Origin: Octopus bimaculoides
Lineage: Eukaryota
Length of the DNA stretch: 64,000 bases
Direction of reading: 5' to 3'
NCBI RefSeq assembly: GCF_001194135.2
Contig: NC_068984.1
Coordinates: 66,534,314 to 66,598,313, forward strand
Shown piece after piece: positions 41,099-52,482 of this stretch. A program made the position numbers and the translations under genes. Below the pieces are notes generated by a model. The model did no database searches. It saw only the letters and a program-made list of their open reading frames with translations, and was not told the origin of the DNA. How positions within the stretch are numbered: position 1 is the first letter of the stretch; the number at the start of each line of letters is the position of its first letter.

Positions 41099-41509
41099 CT
41101 TACATAAATAATAATAATATTTAGATGTTACATTTTATAGAAGCTTTTATATTGAAGAAGAATTATAATATTTAGTGGGCATTGAAAGTTTAACTAATAA
41201 ATGTCATTTTGTAAAGTTTAATTTAGAAATCATTTAGTATAATTATCATTTTATTAAAAGCTTTGGCCATAAAATGAAATAAAAATAAAATAAAGTGGTG
41301 AATGTGAAGTAATTTTACAAGTGATATTAATCATCAAGAATTTATTATCTTTGTAATTTATGTAGAACCTTGCAACTGAGATTGTTTAGATATGGGAAGA
41401 ATGATGGATAAGAACTTGTCACACAGTTCTTGTAGTTTAACTTCATGTCTGACCTAATTGTTTTGACCGTTAGTGAAATGCATTCTGTTTCTTCTTTTTG
41501 CATATACAG

Positions 41510-41569
41510 GACTACATTAGACAATGTGACATTTCTTTTAATGAGAATATAGGATGTAATTTGAAAGAG
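41510..41569 (+). CDS. candidate internal exon, unidentified protein
   Basis: Strong acceptor ctgtttcttctttttgcatatacag, then DYIRQCDISFNENIGCNLKE, then donor gag|gttagt. 60 nt, phase 0-0, only one open frame. Confidence 0.38.
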
Positions 41570-41948
41570 GTTAGTTACTATTTCTAGAGATGGAATTCTA
41601 ACATAAAGTTTCCATCATTGGTTTATTAAGATGTAAATCACCAGTGCTGGTTTGTTTATATCCCTATAACTTAGTACTTCAGCATAAGAGGCCAATAGAA
41701 CAAGTGCCAGTTTAAATGATATAAGTACAAGGGTCAATTCCTTTGACTAAAACCTTTCAAGGCAGTTTTCCAGCATGGTCACAATTCAAAGACTGATACA
41801 AGTAAAAGAAAAAGATAAAATGCTGTTCTTGATTGGCATGAATCTGAATCACATACCAAAGATTTTTAAGATATTCATTGTTGCAGTTTTACCTGACATA
41901 GTCTCTATAGGGAACACAGGCATGAAATATTCAAATACAGCTGTCATA

Positions 41949-42249
41949 CGAGGGTTCCAGTTGATTCAATCAATGGAACAGCTTGCTCATGAAATAAACG
42001 TACAAGTAACTGAGCATTCCACAGACACGTGTCCCCTAAACCTAGTTCTTAGGGAGATTCAGCATGACACAGAATGTGACAAGGCTGGCCCTTTGAAATA
42101 CAGGTACTACTCATTTTTGCCAGTTGAGTGGACTGGAGCAATGGGAAATAAAGAGTCTTGCTCAAGGACACAACACATCACCAGGAATTGAACTCATGAC
42201 CTTATGATTGTGAGCTGAATACCCTAACCACTAAGCCATGTGTCTTCAC
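41949..42249 (-). mobile_element. tRNA-derived SINE type E (CORE-like body, tail shared with type D)
   Basis: Minus strand has A box TGGCTTAGTGG, B box GAGTTCAATTCC and body tgtgtccttgagcaagac...gctccagtccactcaactggcaaaaatgagtag. 13-bp TSD tacagctgtcata at 41936-41948 and 42250-42262. Degraded relatives at ~7520-7755, ~27450-27680, ~50660-50850 and ~50990-51110. Confidence 0.82.
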
Positions 42250-43249
42250 TACAGCTGTCATAAGGGCTATATAAACGACACACTTCACTATCAAGACATT
42301 TAGTTTCCTTAAATGTAATGCAGAAGAGTTCTGTATTGATTGTAGGGAAATACCTTGTAATAATACCTTAATGGATTATTGGGCTTTTTCCAAAGACTTT
42401 ATTTTTATCTAGCATGTTGACAGTCTGTCTGACTGCCTGTCTGTTACTGTCCATTCCATTTTCAAGCCATTGACTACAGTCAGAAACTATAGATAAGCAG
42501 CATAAGTGAAATGTCTCAATCAGAGGCCAGGCTTATGTTGTAAACATAGCTTTCTGGCAGTATGCCACTATTCCGTGACACTTGCATACTGACTGTAGTA
42601 TAAAATTAAGTACAACATCCTATCAATTAATATAAGCTGAACTTGTTATGTGCTGTCTTTGATAATTCTGACAAAAAAAAAAGAATCATGCTTTCTGCTT
42701 TTCTTCTTTGCTAAACAGTACACAATATAGCTGAATATTTTATATACAAATTTAATATATATTATTGAGTTGGTGCACTTAAGCTACCTTAATAAAATCT
42801 GGTCCAGTAGAGAATTCTCACTGAAGTTGAAACTTTGATTCTATAATTAAGATGTTCTATTCATATATTTAGTGGCTGTGAAACATTTGAAATCAAGCAT
42901 TGTGAATCTAATCACAAACAGGAATTAGATGACTTTTTTAAAACACACACTCTGTTTCATACTCTATGTAATAGTTTTATACATGAGATGGAATAACTTT
43001 GTTATCCATATTGTAGTAATCAGTACCCAACAGAATTCTGCTTAGAAGATTAAATTGGTTTAGCTAAGCATTAAGACTCCTGCCTTGAATCTTGCCAATC
43101 AAGTGCTTTGGTATACAACTATGTGGAAGGAGAACTATTTACTGAACAAAAATCTAACTATCTGGCAGTATCGGCATCAAGTTGAATAGGCTAGAGTGGG
43201 GGATAAACCTAAGAGGCACAAAATGCCTACTTATTTATTTTTAGAGTAG

Positions 43250-43642
43250 CTGTCTGGTTTCCGTGCTGGTGGCATGTAAACAGCACCAGCGTGATAGTTA
43301 CCAACGTCACCTTCCTGGCACTTGTGCCAGTGGCATGTGAAAAGACATTCGAGCAAGATTGTTGTCAGTGCTGATGGGACTGGTTCCTGTGCAGGTGACA
43401 CGTAAAATACACCATTTCGAGCATGGCCATCGCCATACCCGCCTGACTGGCCCTTGTGCCGGTGGCATGTAAAAGCACCCACTTCACTCTCGGAGTGGTT
43501 GGCGTTAGGAAGGGCATCCGGCTGTAGAAACTCTGGCAAATCAGATTGGAGCCTGGTGTAGCCATCTGGTTCACCAGTCCTCAGTCAAATTATCCAACCC
43601 ATGCTAGTATGGAAAGCGGACGTTAAACGATGATGATGATGA
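43250..43642 (+). mobile_element. family B retroposon ((GAT)n-tailed, LINE 3'-tail-like)
   Basis: Internal repeats of gtggcatgtaaaagcacc, then gagtggttggcgttaggaagggcatccggctgtagaaac...ccaacccatgctagtatggaaagcggacgttaaacgatgatgatg. No A/B box seen. Confidence 0.8.
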
Positions 43643-43714
43643 TATATATATATGTATGTATGTATGTATATATGTATGTATATACATTTGTAAATATATG
43701 TATTTATGTGTATG

Positions 43715-43745
<31 letters not shown>

Positions 43746-44960
43746 CTGTGTGTATATATATTGTATATAGATATATATATGGTTACACATATGAATGTAT
43801 GTATATATATGTGTGTACACATACACTCACATTTAACAAATACTCTTACAAGTATTAATTTGCAATATCAAATTTATTCTCCAAAAGTATGAGTAAATGA
43901 TCAGATTTTCTGACCGCATCAAAGCCTGCCAGCATGGAAAGAACTGGTAAAAAATATATTAATAATGAAATGAAATTTTTGCACCTGGTGTTTAAACAGC
44001 AAAGCATTTAGAATGCAATAGACATGTCTTTGTGTATGTGTGAGGCTGTAAATATGAATGTGTGAAAGTATGTGTTTATGTGTGAATTAATACGTCTATT
44101 TTATGTTTTTGCTATCTTTTTTTCCTTTTAATACATTTCAGTTATATAAAGATTAGGCAGAATTATTCAATAAAAAGGAAAAGGAAAATAGATAACAATG
44201 ATTATAAAGTTGATTGCCATGATGAGAATAATGATGATTTTGTTATGATCACAATGTTTCTGATGGTATTGGAGCTGGTGATTATATTATTTACATAAAA
44301 TGAAAATTGAATGTGGTTACTTATTTCTGTTGCACTCATATCAGGAAATATTTGGTTTGACACACACACACAGACACACATGTGAGCGCACGAAAATACA
44401 TACATACATACATATATATACACACATATACATCATCGTTATTGTCATTATCCGAACTTAACATGTCTTCTTAGCTGGTGTGGGATGGACATTTCAACAG
44501 GACCTAACAAGCCAGAAAGCTACTTCATGTACCAATGTCTTCTCTCACTTACTGTCTATAGCTAGATGCTCTCCTTAACATTACAAAATGTTGTGGTTGC
44601 TTTTTTGTGGCATCAGCACTAGTGAAGTCACCATGCAACTTGCAAGGCTATAAAGCTCACCTTGACTGAGTGAGAGAATAATAGAGAGAAGCAATTTTAT
44701 ATGTTAGGTGATAGGTGGTCATTGTATGAAGGAAGGGGCTGAAATTGGGTTGTTGCTGTAGTGAAAACACACAGTGTTTGCCCCCAATATTTAGCAGGTA
44801 CAGAAAGACAAAACAAAATAACCCATGTTGAAGCACACCCTGTTTGTTCATATATGTGGAATGCAAACAAATACACACATAAATACATGAACATCAAGAA
44901 GAATTTTGTTTACATGCTTATATTTCTTTCACAGGTAGGCTTTCTGTTTCACATACACAC

Positions 44961-45031
<71 letters not shown>

Positions 45032-45039
45032 TTTCATTC

Positions 45040-45461
45040 TTTCATTTGTTTTAGTGATTTGACTGTAGCCATGCTGGAGCACAGTTTTCAGTCAAACAAA
45101 TCAACCCCAGGACTTATTCTTGTAAGCCTGGTACTTATCCTATCGGTCTCTTTTGCCAAACCACTAAGTTACGGGTATGTAAACACACCAAAATCAGTTA
45201 TTAAGCAATGTGTGGGGGTCAAACACAGACACACAAGCATATACATATGCGTATGTATATATACGACAGGCTTCTATCAGTTTTCATCTATCAAATCCAC
45301 TCACAAGGCTTTGGTTGGCCGAGGCTATAGTAGAAAACACTTGTCCAAGGTGCCACGCAGTGAGACTGAACCTGGGGCCATGTGGTTGGTAAGCAAGTTA
45401 CTTACCACACAGGCACTCCTGTGCGGTAAGCAAGTTACTTACCACACAGCCACTCCTGTGC
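45040..45461 (-). mobile_element. SINE type A with a 37-bp tandem duplication of its 5' end
   Basis: Type A layout. ggtaagcaagttacttaccacacag(g/c)cactcctgtgc is repeated at 45388-45424 and 45425-45461. Confidence 0.82.
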
Positions 45462-45650
45462 CTCTGTTTATAGGTGCAGGAGTGGCCCGACATATTGTGA
45501 GCAAGGAAGTGAATTACTCCACTCCAGCTTGGCAAGGCCAGTAGACCATGGTTTCTGGGTTTTTACTCTTCATCGGTATTGGTCACCTGCCTTCTAGAGA
45601 TGGCAGTCAATCATCCCTATTCACAATATATAAATAGAGAAGGTGATATA

Positions 45651-45696
<46 letters not shown>

Positions 45697-46104
45697 CATA
45701 AAAATATAGAGATAAATTGCCTGTGACCAACACAAATAGAAATTGCAAATATTATGTTTATTGTTGCCAAGTCCTAGACAAATCCTGATTCAGTAAATCT
45801 ATGGCCAAACACATTCCAGCCATGACCTTCACAGCTATTATTTTCTTGACCTTAGTATATCTTTCCTGTTTAAAGACAGAAGAAAGGATTTGAAGAAGAT
45901 TTACTCGTAGCTGAGAGAAAGATCATATAGAGACTTCTTTGACTTGTACTTGTTGTTGTTATTTAGTCTTAGATCTTCCCTAATTGGTCAAATCGATGAT
46001 CCAAGCTATTTCCAATCTCTCACTCATTCACTCGCTCACTCACTCTCTCCTGTCTCTCTCTCTGTCTATACTTTCATTTTCTTTTTTTTTATTTTTGATG
46101 TGCA

Positions 46105-46505
46105 GGAGTAGCTGTGTGATAAAAAGTTTGCCTCCCAAACACATGACTCTGGGTAGAATTCCACTGCATGGTACCTTGGGCAAGTGTCTTCCGCTCTTGC
46201 CTTGGGCTGACCAAGACTTTGTTGAATATATTTGGTAGATGGAAACTGAAAGAAGCCTGTTGGATGTATGTATGTATGTGTATATTTGTATATTTGTATG
46301 TGTGTGTGTCTTTGTTCCCCACCACTGCTTGACAATTTGTGATGGTTTGTTTATGTCTCCATGACTTAGAAGTTTGGCAGAAATAGGTTGCTATGAATAT
46401 TGAGGTCAATTTGTTTGACTAAACACTTTACTGAATCAAGTAAAAGATTAAATATAATGTGTCTGGGACTACACTATCCAGTGTACTCTTACTTTTTCAA
46501 GATGG
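46105..46505 (+). mobile_element. SINE type A
   Basis: Type A layout on the plus strand, head-to-head with the 45040 copy. Confidence 0.78.
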
Positions 46506-46664
46506 TGTGCCTGATACTTATACTTTACCCACAAATACATTGCAACAAAACCTTAATTAGCACTGCTAAACTTAAAAGTTACTGCTATGTGAGCAAGTAG
46601 CATTGGGGCCTTTTATAACATTATTTTATAAGGCACCACTTTTATCTCTGTAAAATAAATGTAT

Positions 46665-47026
46665 CAAGAGCACTCAGAGAGTGCAAACCACCAAGGCAAC
46701 ACCAATGTCCTCTCAATGATTAGCCAGAGAGGATTTTTAAAATGAGAATATCTAAAATAAACTCAACTGCTCACACAAACGACAATACTAAAAATGAACC
46801 CGACTGCTCTCAAAAATTAAGTAAAAAAACAGGAAAAATAATCCAGAATCCTTGTCTTGTACCAGATTGATCCCAAAATCTAATCAGTTCGTGCCAGTCA
46901 TGAGGCCAAACATCCCTGAAAGTTCCATCCGGATCCATCCAGTAGTTCTTGAGATATCTTGTCCATGGACAAATAAACAAACATGACTGAAAACAATACC
47001 TCTGCCTTTGCTAAGGTGGCGGTAAT
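46665..47026 (+). mobile_element. Helentron-associated non-autonomous element (HINE / DINE-1-like)
   Basis: 5' caagagcactcagagagtgcaaaccaccaagg. Internal aatccagaatcc...gatcccaaaatctaatcag...ggatccatccagtagttcttgagatatc...acaaataaacaaac. 3' gaaaacaatACCTCTGCCTTTGCTAAGGTGGCGGTaat, an imperfect terminal hairpin. This layout matches DINE-1/HINE elements as I recall them. Confidence 0.65.
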
Positions 47027-47090
47027 CAATACTTCTGTTGAGGTGGCAATAATCTGGTGAAACTAAAAAGAACTAAGCAAAGAGACTGAC

Positions 47091-47664
47091 AGAAAGAGAG
47101 TGACAAAGTGAGCAGACAGGGAAAGAGAAGAGGAAAAGACAGAGAAAAGGAGAAAGTGCTGGTTAAAAAACAAGGATCAAGAAAGGAAGATACATAGAGA
47201 GAGAGAAAGAGAAAGAGAGAGAGAGAGAGATAGAGAGAGAGAGAGATCAATTAATAGAAGGAGACTGACAAAGAGGGCAGACAAGCAAACAGGAGAGAGA
47301 GAGTTCTTTTTGCTTAGAATGCTCTTTGGTCTAAAGGCAGAGTTTATATACATAGTGAGGCAAAATGTATCTTTATCAAATGTAAAGCTGTATTCTTACA
47401 GTTAATACGCAAACACATATATACATACATACATGCTCACACACACACACACACGCACACACATATACATACATATATATATTCCTTTACTTGTTTCAGT
47501 CATGTGGAGCAGCACATTTAGTTGAACAAATTGACCCTAGTACTTATTCTATCGGTCTCATTTGCCAGACTGCTAAATTATGGGGGATTAAAGCGCACCA
47601 ACATCGGTTGACAAACGATGGTGGTAGGTGGTGGGGTCAAACACAGACACAAAAATACATACAT

Positions 47665-47695
<31 letters not shown>

Positions 47696-48421
47696 CATAC
47701 ACAAACATATGCATGTATACAACAGGCTTCTTTCAGTTTTCACCAACGAAATCCATTCACAAGGCTTTGGTTGGCCCAAGGTGCCATGCAGTGGGACTGA
47801 ACCCAGAACCATGTGGCTGGGAAGCAAGCTTCTTACCACGCAGCCACTCCTACACCTATATATATATATATATATNNNNNNNNNNNNNNNNNNNNNNNNN
47901 NNNNNNNNNNNNNNNNNNNNNNNNNNNNNNNNNNNNNNNNNNNNNNNNNNNNNNNNNNNNNNNNNNNNNNNNNNNNNNNNNNNNNNNNNNNNNNNNNNNN
48001 NNNNNNNNNNNNNNNNNNNNNNNNNNNNNNNNNNNNNNNNNNNNNNNNNNNNNNNNNNNNNNNNNNNNNNNNNNNNNNNNNNNNNNNNNNNNNNNNNNNN
48101 NNNNNNNNNNNNNNNNNNNNNNNNNNNNNNNNNNNNNNNNNNNNNNNNNNNNNNNNNNNNNNNNNNNNNNNNNNNNNNNNNNNNNNNNNNNNNNNNNNNN
48201 NNNNNNNNNNNNNNNNNNNNNNNNNNNNNNNNNNNNNNNNNNNNNNNNNNNNNNNNNNNNNNNNNNNNNNNNNNNNNNNNNNNNNNNNNNNNNNNNNNNN
48301 NNNNNNNNNNNNNNNNNNNNNNNNNNNNNNNNNNNNNNNNNNNNNNNNNNNNNNNNNNNNNNNNNNNNNNNNNNNNNNNNNNNNNNNNNNNNNNNNNNNN
48401 NNNNNNNNNNNNNNNNNNNNN

Positions 48422-48465
<44 letters not shown>

Positions 48466-48830
48466 CACATATACAAATTAAGTTATTGACCTGTGTGAAT
48501 GTGTTTTGTTACCTCATGTATGTTTATGCCAACCTTTTTACATGTCCTCTTAGTATTAATCTTTCTCTTGTTTATTATCTCTCCCTCTCTTTCTCACTTG
48601 CACACACCCACTCTTATAATTCTGTTGTCCTTTCTTCTTTCATTGAATTTCAGTCATTCTTTCTCTCTCTCACTTTCTTTATCACTCACCTGCTTTTGCA
48701 TTCTTTCTTTCTATCTGTCTCACTCTCTATCACTTTATCATCCTTTCTCATTTTTTTGAACCAACTCTCTCTCTCTCTCTCTCTCCTGTTTGCTTGTCTG
48801 CCCTCTTTGTCAGTCTCCTTCTATTAATTG

Positions 48831-48884
<54 letters not shown>

Positions 48885-48987
48885 GTATCTTCTTTTCTTG
48901 ATCTTTGTTTTTTAATCAGCACTTTCTCCTTTTCTCTGTCTTTTTCTCTTCTCTTTGCCTGTCTGCTCACTTTGTCACTCTCTTTCT
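47091..48987. repeat. long inverted repeat pair, arms ~47091-47303 and ~48762-48987
   Basis: The left arm agaaagagagtgacaaagtgagcagacagg...gatcaattaatagaaggagactgacaaagagggcagacaagcaaacagg matches the reverse complement of the right arm, with about 5 mismatches outside the (GA)n tract. Confidence 0.92.
47488..47852 (-). mobile_element. SINE type A
   Basis: Type A layout on the minus strand, lying between the arms of the 47091/48987 inverted repeat. Confidence 0.8.
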
Positions 48988-49753
48988 CTTTGACTCTCTC
49001 GCCCTTTCTCTCTCCCCCACTCTTACCAATTCTATTTTACATTCTCATGGGATCTATTGCGGACAGTGCTGGAAGAAGCCATAATTTTCTTCTATCTCAT
49101 TGAGAAACATCTATCTAATCCTTACATAGCACCTTCTCTGTCAAACCATTCTTTTATTCCAAATCAATCACAAAATATCATCAATCTTCCTTTTCCATAT
49201 CGTTCGGCTCTGGAATTGTTTCCTGTATATTTATTCCCCAATTTCTTCCTGCAATTTCAGAAAAACCAATCAGAAATTTCATTTAATTGTTATAACTTTT
49301 GCTTTACTTTTCTTTCTCTTCCTTCTTTTTTTTTTTTTNNNNNNNNNNTTTTTTTTTTTTGTCTTTGCTTCTTTTTTTTTTTATGTGTGTGAATTTCTCC
49401 TCAATTTTTCAAGCTCACTTTCTACCTATGGGGGCCAATTGTTTTAGAGACTGGACCTTACCTAATGTGATTAAAATGTAAAAAAATAAATGAAATAAAC
49501 CAATAACCAAAAAGGAAAAAATAGATTTGCTAGCACAATCTATCATAGATCAGATATAGCATCAGTCTCTCCCTTTCTCTCTATCTCTGTATCTCTCACT
49601 CTCACCTTCTCTTAGCCCTTCCTTTCTTTCTTTTGCTATCGCTTTCTCTTTTTCTCTTGTGAAAACCTGTCTGTGTGCATGTGTCTATGTGTTATTTTGT
49701 CTGGTTGCCTCTGTGTGTGTATATATATATATATATATTACAGATATATATAT

Positions 49754-49819
<66 letters not shown>

Positions 49820-51441
49820 GACTGTTTTTCTGTAGATATATTTATATAGGGCTATGTTAATATATTTATATGCAGGCACACACTCGCACACACACATATA
49901 TATGAGAAAGAGAAAAGAGAGATGGAGAGATATAGTGGATAGGGAATGTAGATTTGGTTGTAATCTCTTAATGGTTTTGCTTTGGTTACATTTTTTTACT
50001 GTCTACCAGTTTAGCAGTATTCAACTGAATATTTCTAATTTATTTTATTTCGACACAATCTAAAGTGTGTTCTGGTTGAATTCTTCTAACTTGATAGCAA
50101 CACTCAGTTAAACAAGAATATCACAATATATTTTAGGTCTACTAGATTTAGCTGATTCACCCCAAATTCTACGTGGTTTGTCTCTTCTGTTGAAATATTA
50201 GTAATTCAATTTCAGGATGTGTTCAACAAGAAGAGAGAGATAGTGGAATCTTCAACCTGGGATTATTTCAGATCATCAACCTTGCTCTCATTGACTTAAA
50301 AGCAAAACAAAAATGCAAATTGCAGAAAAAAAAAGCTGTAAATGTTTTCCAGTCATGTAACCTGTTATGGCATTGGGGTTTCATTGGAGATTTCTTCTAT
50401 GTCTGCTTTATTACTGATGCATTGTGAATCTGTAACCCAAGCTCGATTCCTGCTTGTAGTTGTAGTGAAACAGCTATATCTGTACTGTCTTAGGTAAAAA
50501 GATAAATTATTCCTTATTCCAAGTGTTCTAAACATAAATGTAAACGATTTCCAATTCTTCTACTTATTGAACACAATAGTATTGATAACACATTAATGGC
50601 TATCACCCATCACAGAAATCAATTGACTCTGTTTACCATACTAGTTGTTGCTCTGTCAGGTTTCCATCTGTTTCATTGGTGAGTATTCAGTTGTTCGATC
50701 AACTAGACTGATCACGCATTGAATTCATGTGTAAGTGGCTGAGTATTCCAGAGACACATATTAAATGTAATCCTTAGCCTGAATCAGTGTGACACGTGTG
50801 TGATGTGGCTAGACCTTTTAATTACAAGTACAATCTATCATACAAGCTTCTACACAATCTCCATCTCCTCAATTTCATTCTTAAGACATTGTTTGACTTG
50901 AGACTATGTTAACCCTTTAGCACTCAGATTACTTTGTCAAGTGTAATGCTTATCTATTTACATTGTTTTCAATACTTGAGAGCAAAGGTATGTAGCCCAG
51001 TAGTGAGGGTGTTCAGCTTTTGATCATAAAGTCATGCAAGGACAAGACAATGTGCTTTGTCCTTGAGCAAGACACTTCATCTCCTGTTCCTCCAGTCTGC
51101 ATTGTTACAATAAGTTCTGGCCTGTGTTGTTGCTGCCCTTCCTCTTTCTCTCTCTCTGTTTCTGTCTGTTAGTCTGTCCTTTTTTCTCTCTCTCTCTCTC
51201 TCCCCTGCTATTACATTCTGGATGTTCCATGGGTCAAAGGAGATGATGTCATAAGGATGTTTGTGTCTCACATAGACATAAACACTGTTACAATCCCATC
51301 ATGCACAAACATCTAAAACAATTTGCAAAATCATTGTACATGTTACTAGGCCATACGTGCTTGCAAGTGATGGCTGGTTGTACTGTAACATGCACCAGCC
51401 ATCACTTGGACCTGTAATATTTTACATTTTCTTTAATGCAG

Positions 51442-51504
51442 GTACAACATTGTCTTCCAAACACTCATGGTCCAAAACCTCTTATAATTTGCACTAATTT
51501 ACAA
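51442..51504 (+). CDS. candidate internal exon
   Basis: cattttctttaatgcag|VQHCLPNTHGPKPLIICTNLQ|gtaggg, 63 nt, phase 0-0. Confidence 0.3.
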
Positions 51505-52250
51505 GTAGGGACTTCAAATTCCTCTGACCATCTGACTAATTTACTGGTATCTTGCACAATGCAGTACTAATAAACTTGTATCATTTTACTACTGTACAGG
51601 TAGCAATATTTCATTTAATTATCTAAATAAATTTGATATTTAGAGTGTCTTGAATAAGGTAACCATCCCTGGTGCAAAAGAATCAATAATCTGGGAAAGC
51701 TTTTGAACTAGAGGTTCTGTAAAATTGATGTTGTGCTATATCAGTGGATGGGCTGTCCATGTCAGTGATGGTAGGATATGATATGAGGAGATTTGACTGC
51801 TATTTCTTGCAGGTTAACTAACTGCATAGAGGTTCCTTTACTGATGCATATTTCTTTCATTATTTTGTGAAAAAATTAAAAAAACAATTCTTAGTTATTC
51901 TTTAACAGAAGTGGAATCCTCTAGAATTGATTTCCTGATTTTGTTTCCTTCAGCTTTCTCTAATTACTGACATGCATGCAGTAATTGTAATTAAACTGAA
52001 CAATAACTCACCAAATTTATAATTAGATGAAGCTATATAAGTCTTCTTGTATCATCTTTCCCTTCTTATTCTCTAGACTGATGAAGTTGTTTATTCTAAG
52101 TGAATAATTCCTCTAAGAGTCATCGTATTTAAAATGCTGTCATCTCTTGATTCAAATTCATCTAATGGGTGGAGGGAAAAGAGGAAACCACTACATGATA
52201 TTTAACCTGCTAAAAATAGCAGCAAAATCTTCATCAGGCAGTACCCAACC

Positions 52251-52482
52251 TTAACCCTTTAGTATTCAAATTACTTCACCAAATGTAATTCTTATTTATT
52301 TACATTTTATAAAATTATTCCTGCATTTATTATCTTGTAGTGTTGATATTGTGAAGATATGATTGCTTATTTTTTAAATGACATAGCAAGATAGGTGTGA
52401 GAGGCCTGATCTCGTCAGTTTTAGCATAAAACAGGTAGAATATTTGAGCTGGATATGGCTGGTTTAAATGCTAAAGGGTTAA
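52251..52482 (-). mobile_element. piggyBac-type MITE family P1, full length, opposite orientation
   Basis: TTAA|CCCTTTAGTATTCA ... TAAATGCTAAAGGG|TTAA. The internal sequence is the reverse complement of the 14620 copy. Partial copies at ~33945-34108 and ~50909-50990. Confidence 0.75.

Noticed and set aside
41775-42191. 138-aa ORF
   Set aside because: It is made of a SINE A tail plus the antisense strand of SINE E.
43076-43167. Peptide ALVYNYVEGELFTEQK resembling a kinase hinge (LVxEYxxGGELF)
   Set aside because: The match is short and imperfect, the splice sites are weak, and no other kinase subdomain exon was found.
50660-50678. 19-nt micro-exon with a GTGAGT donor
   Set aside because: The donor lies in the degraded end of a SINE D/E tail on the opposite strand.
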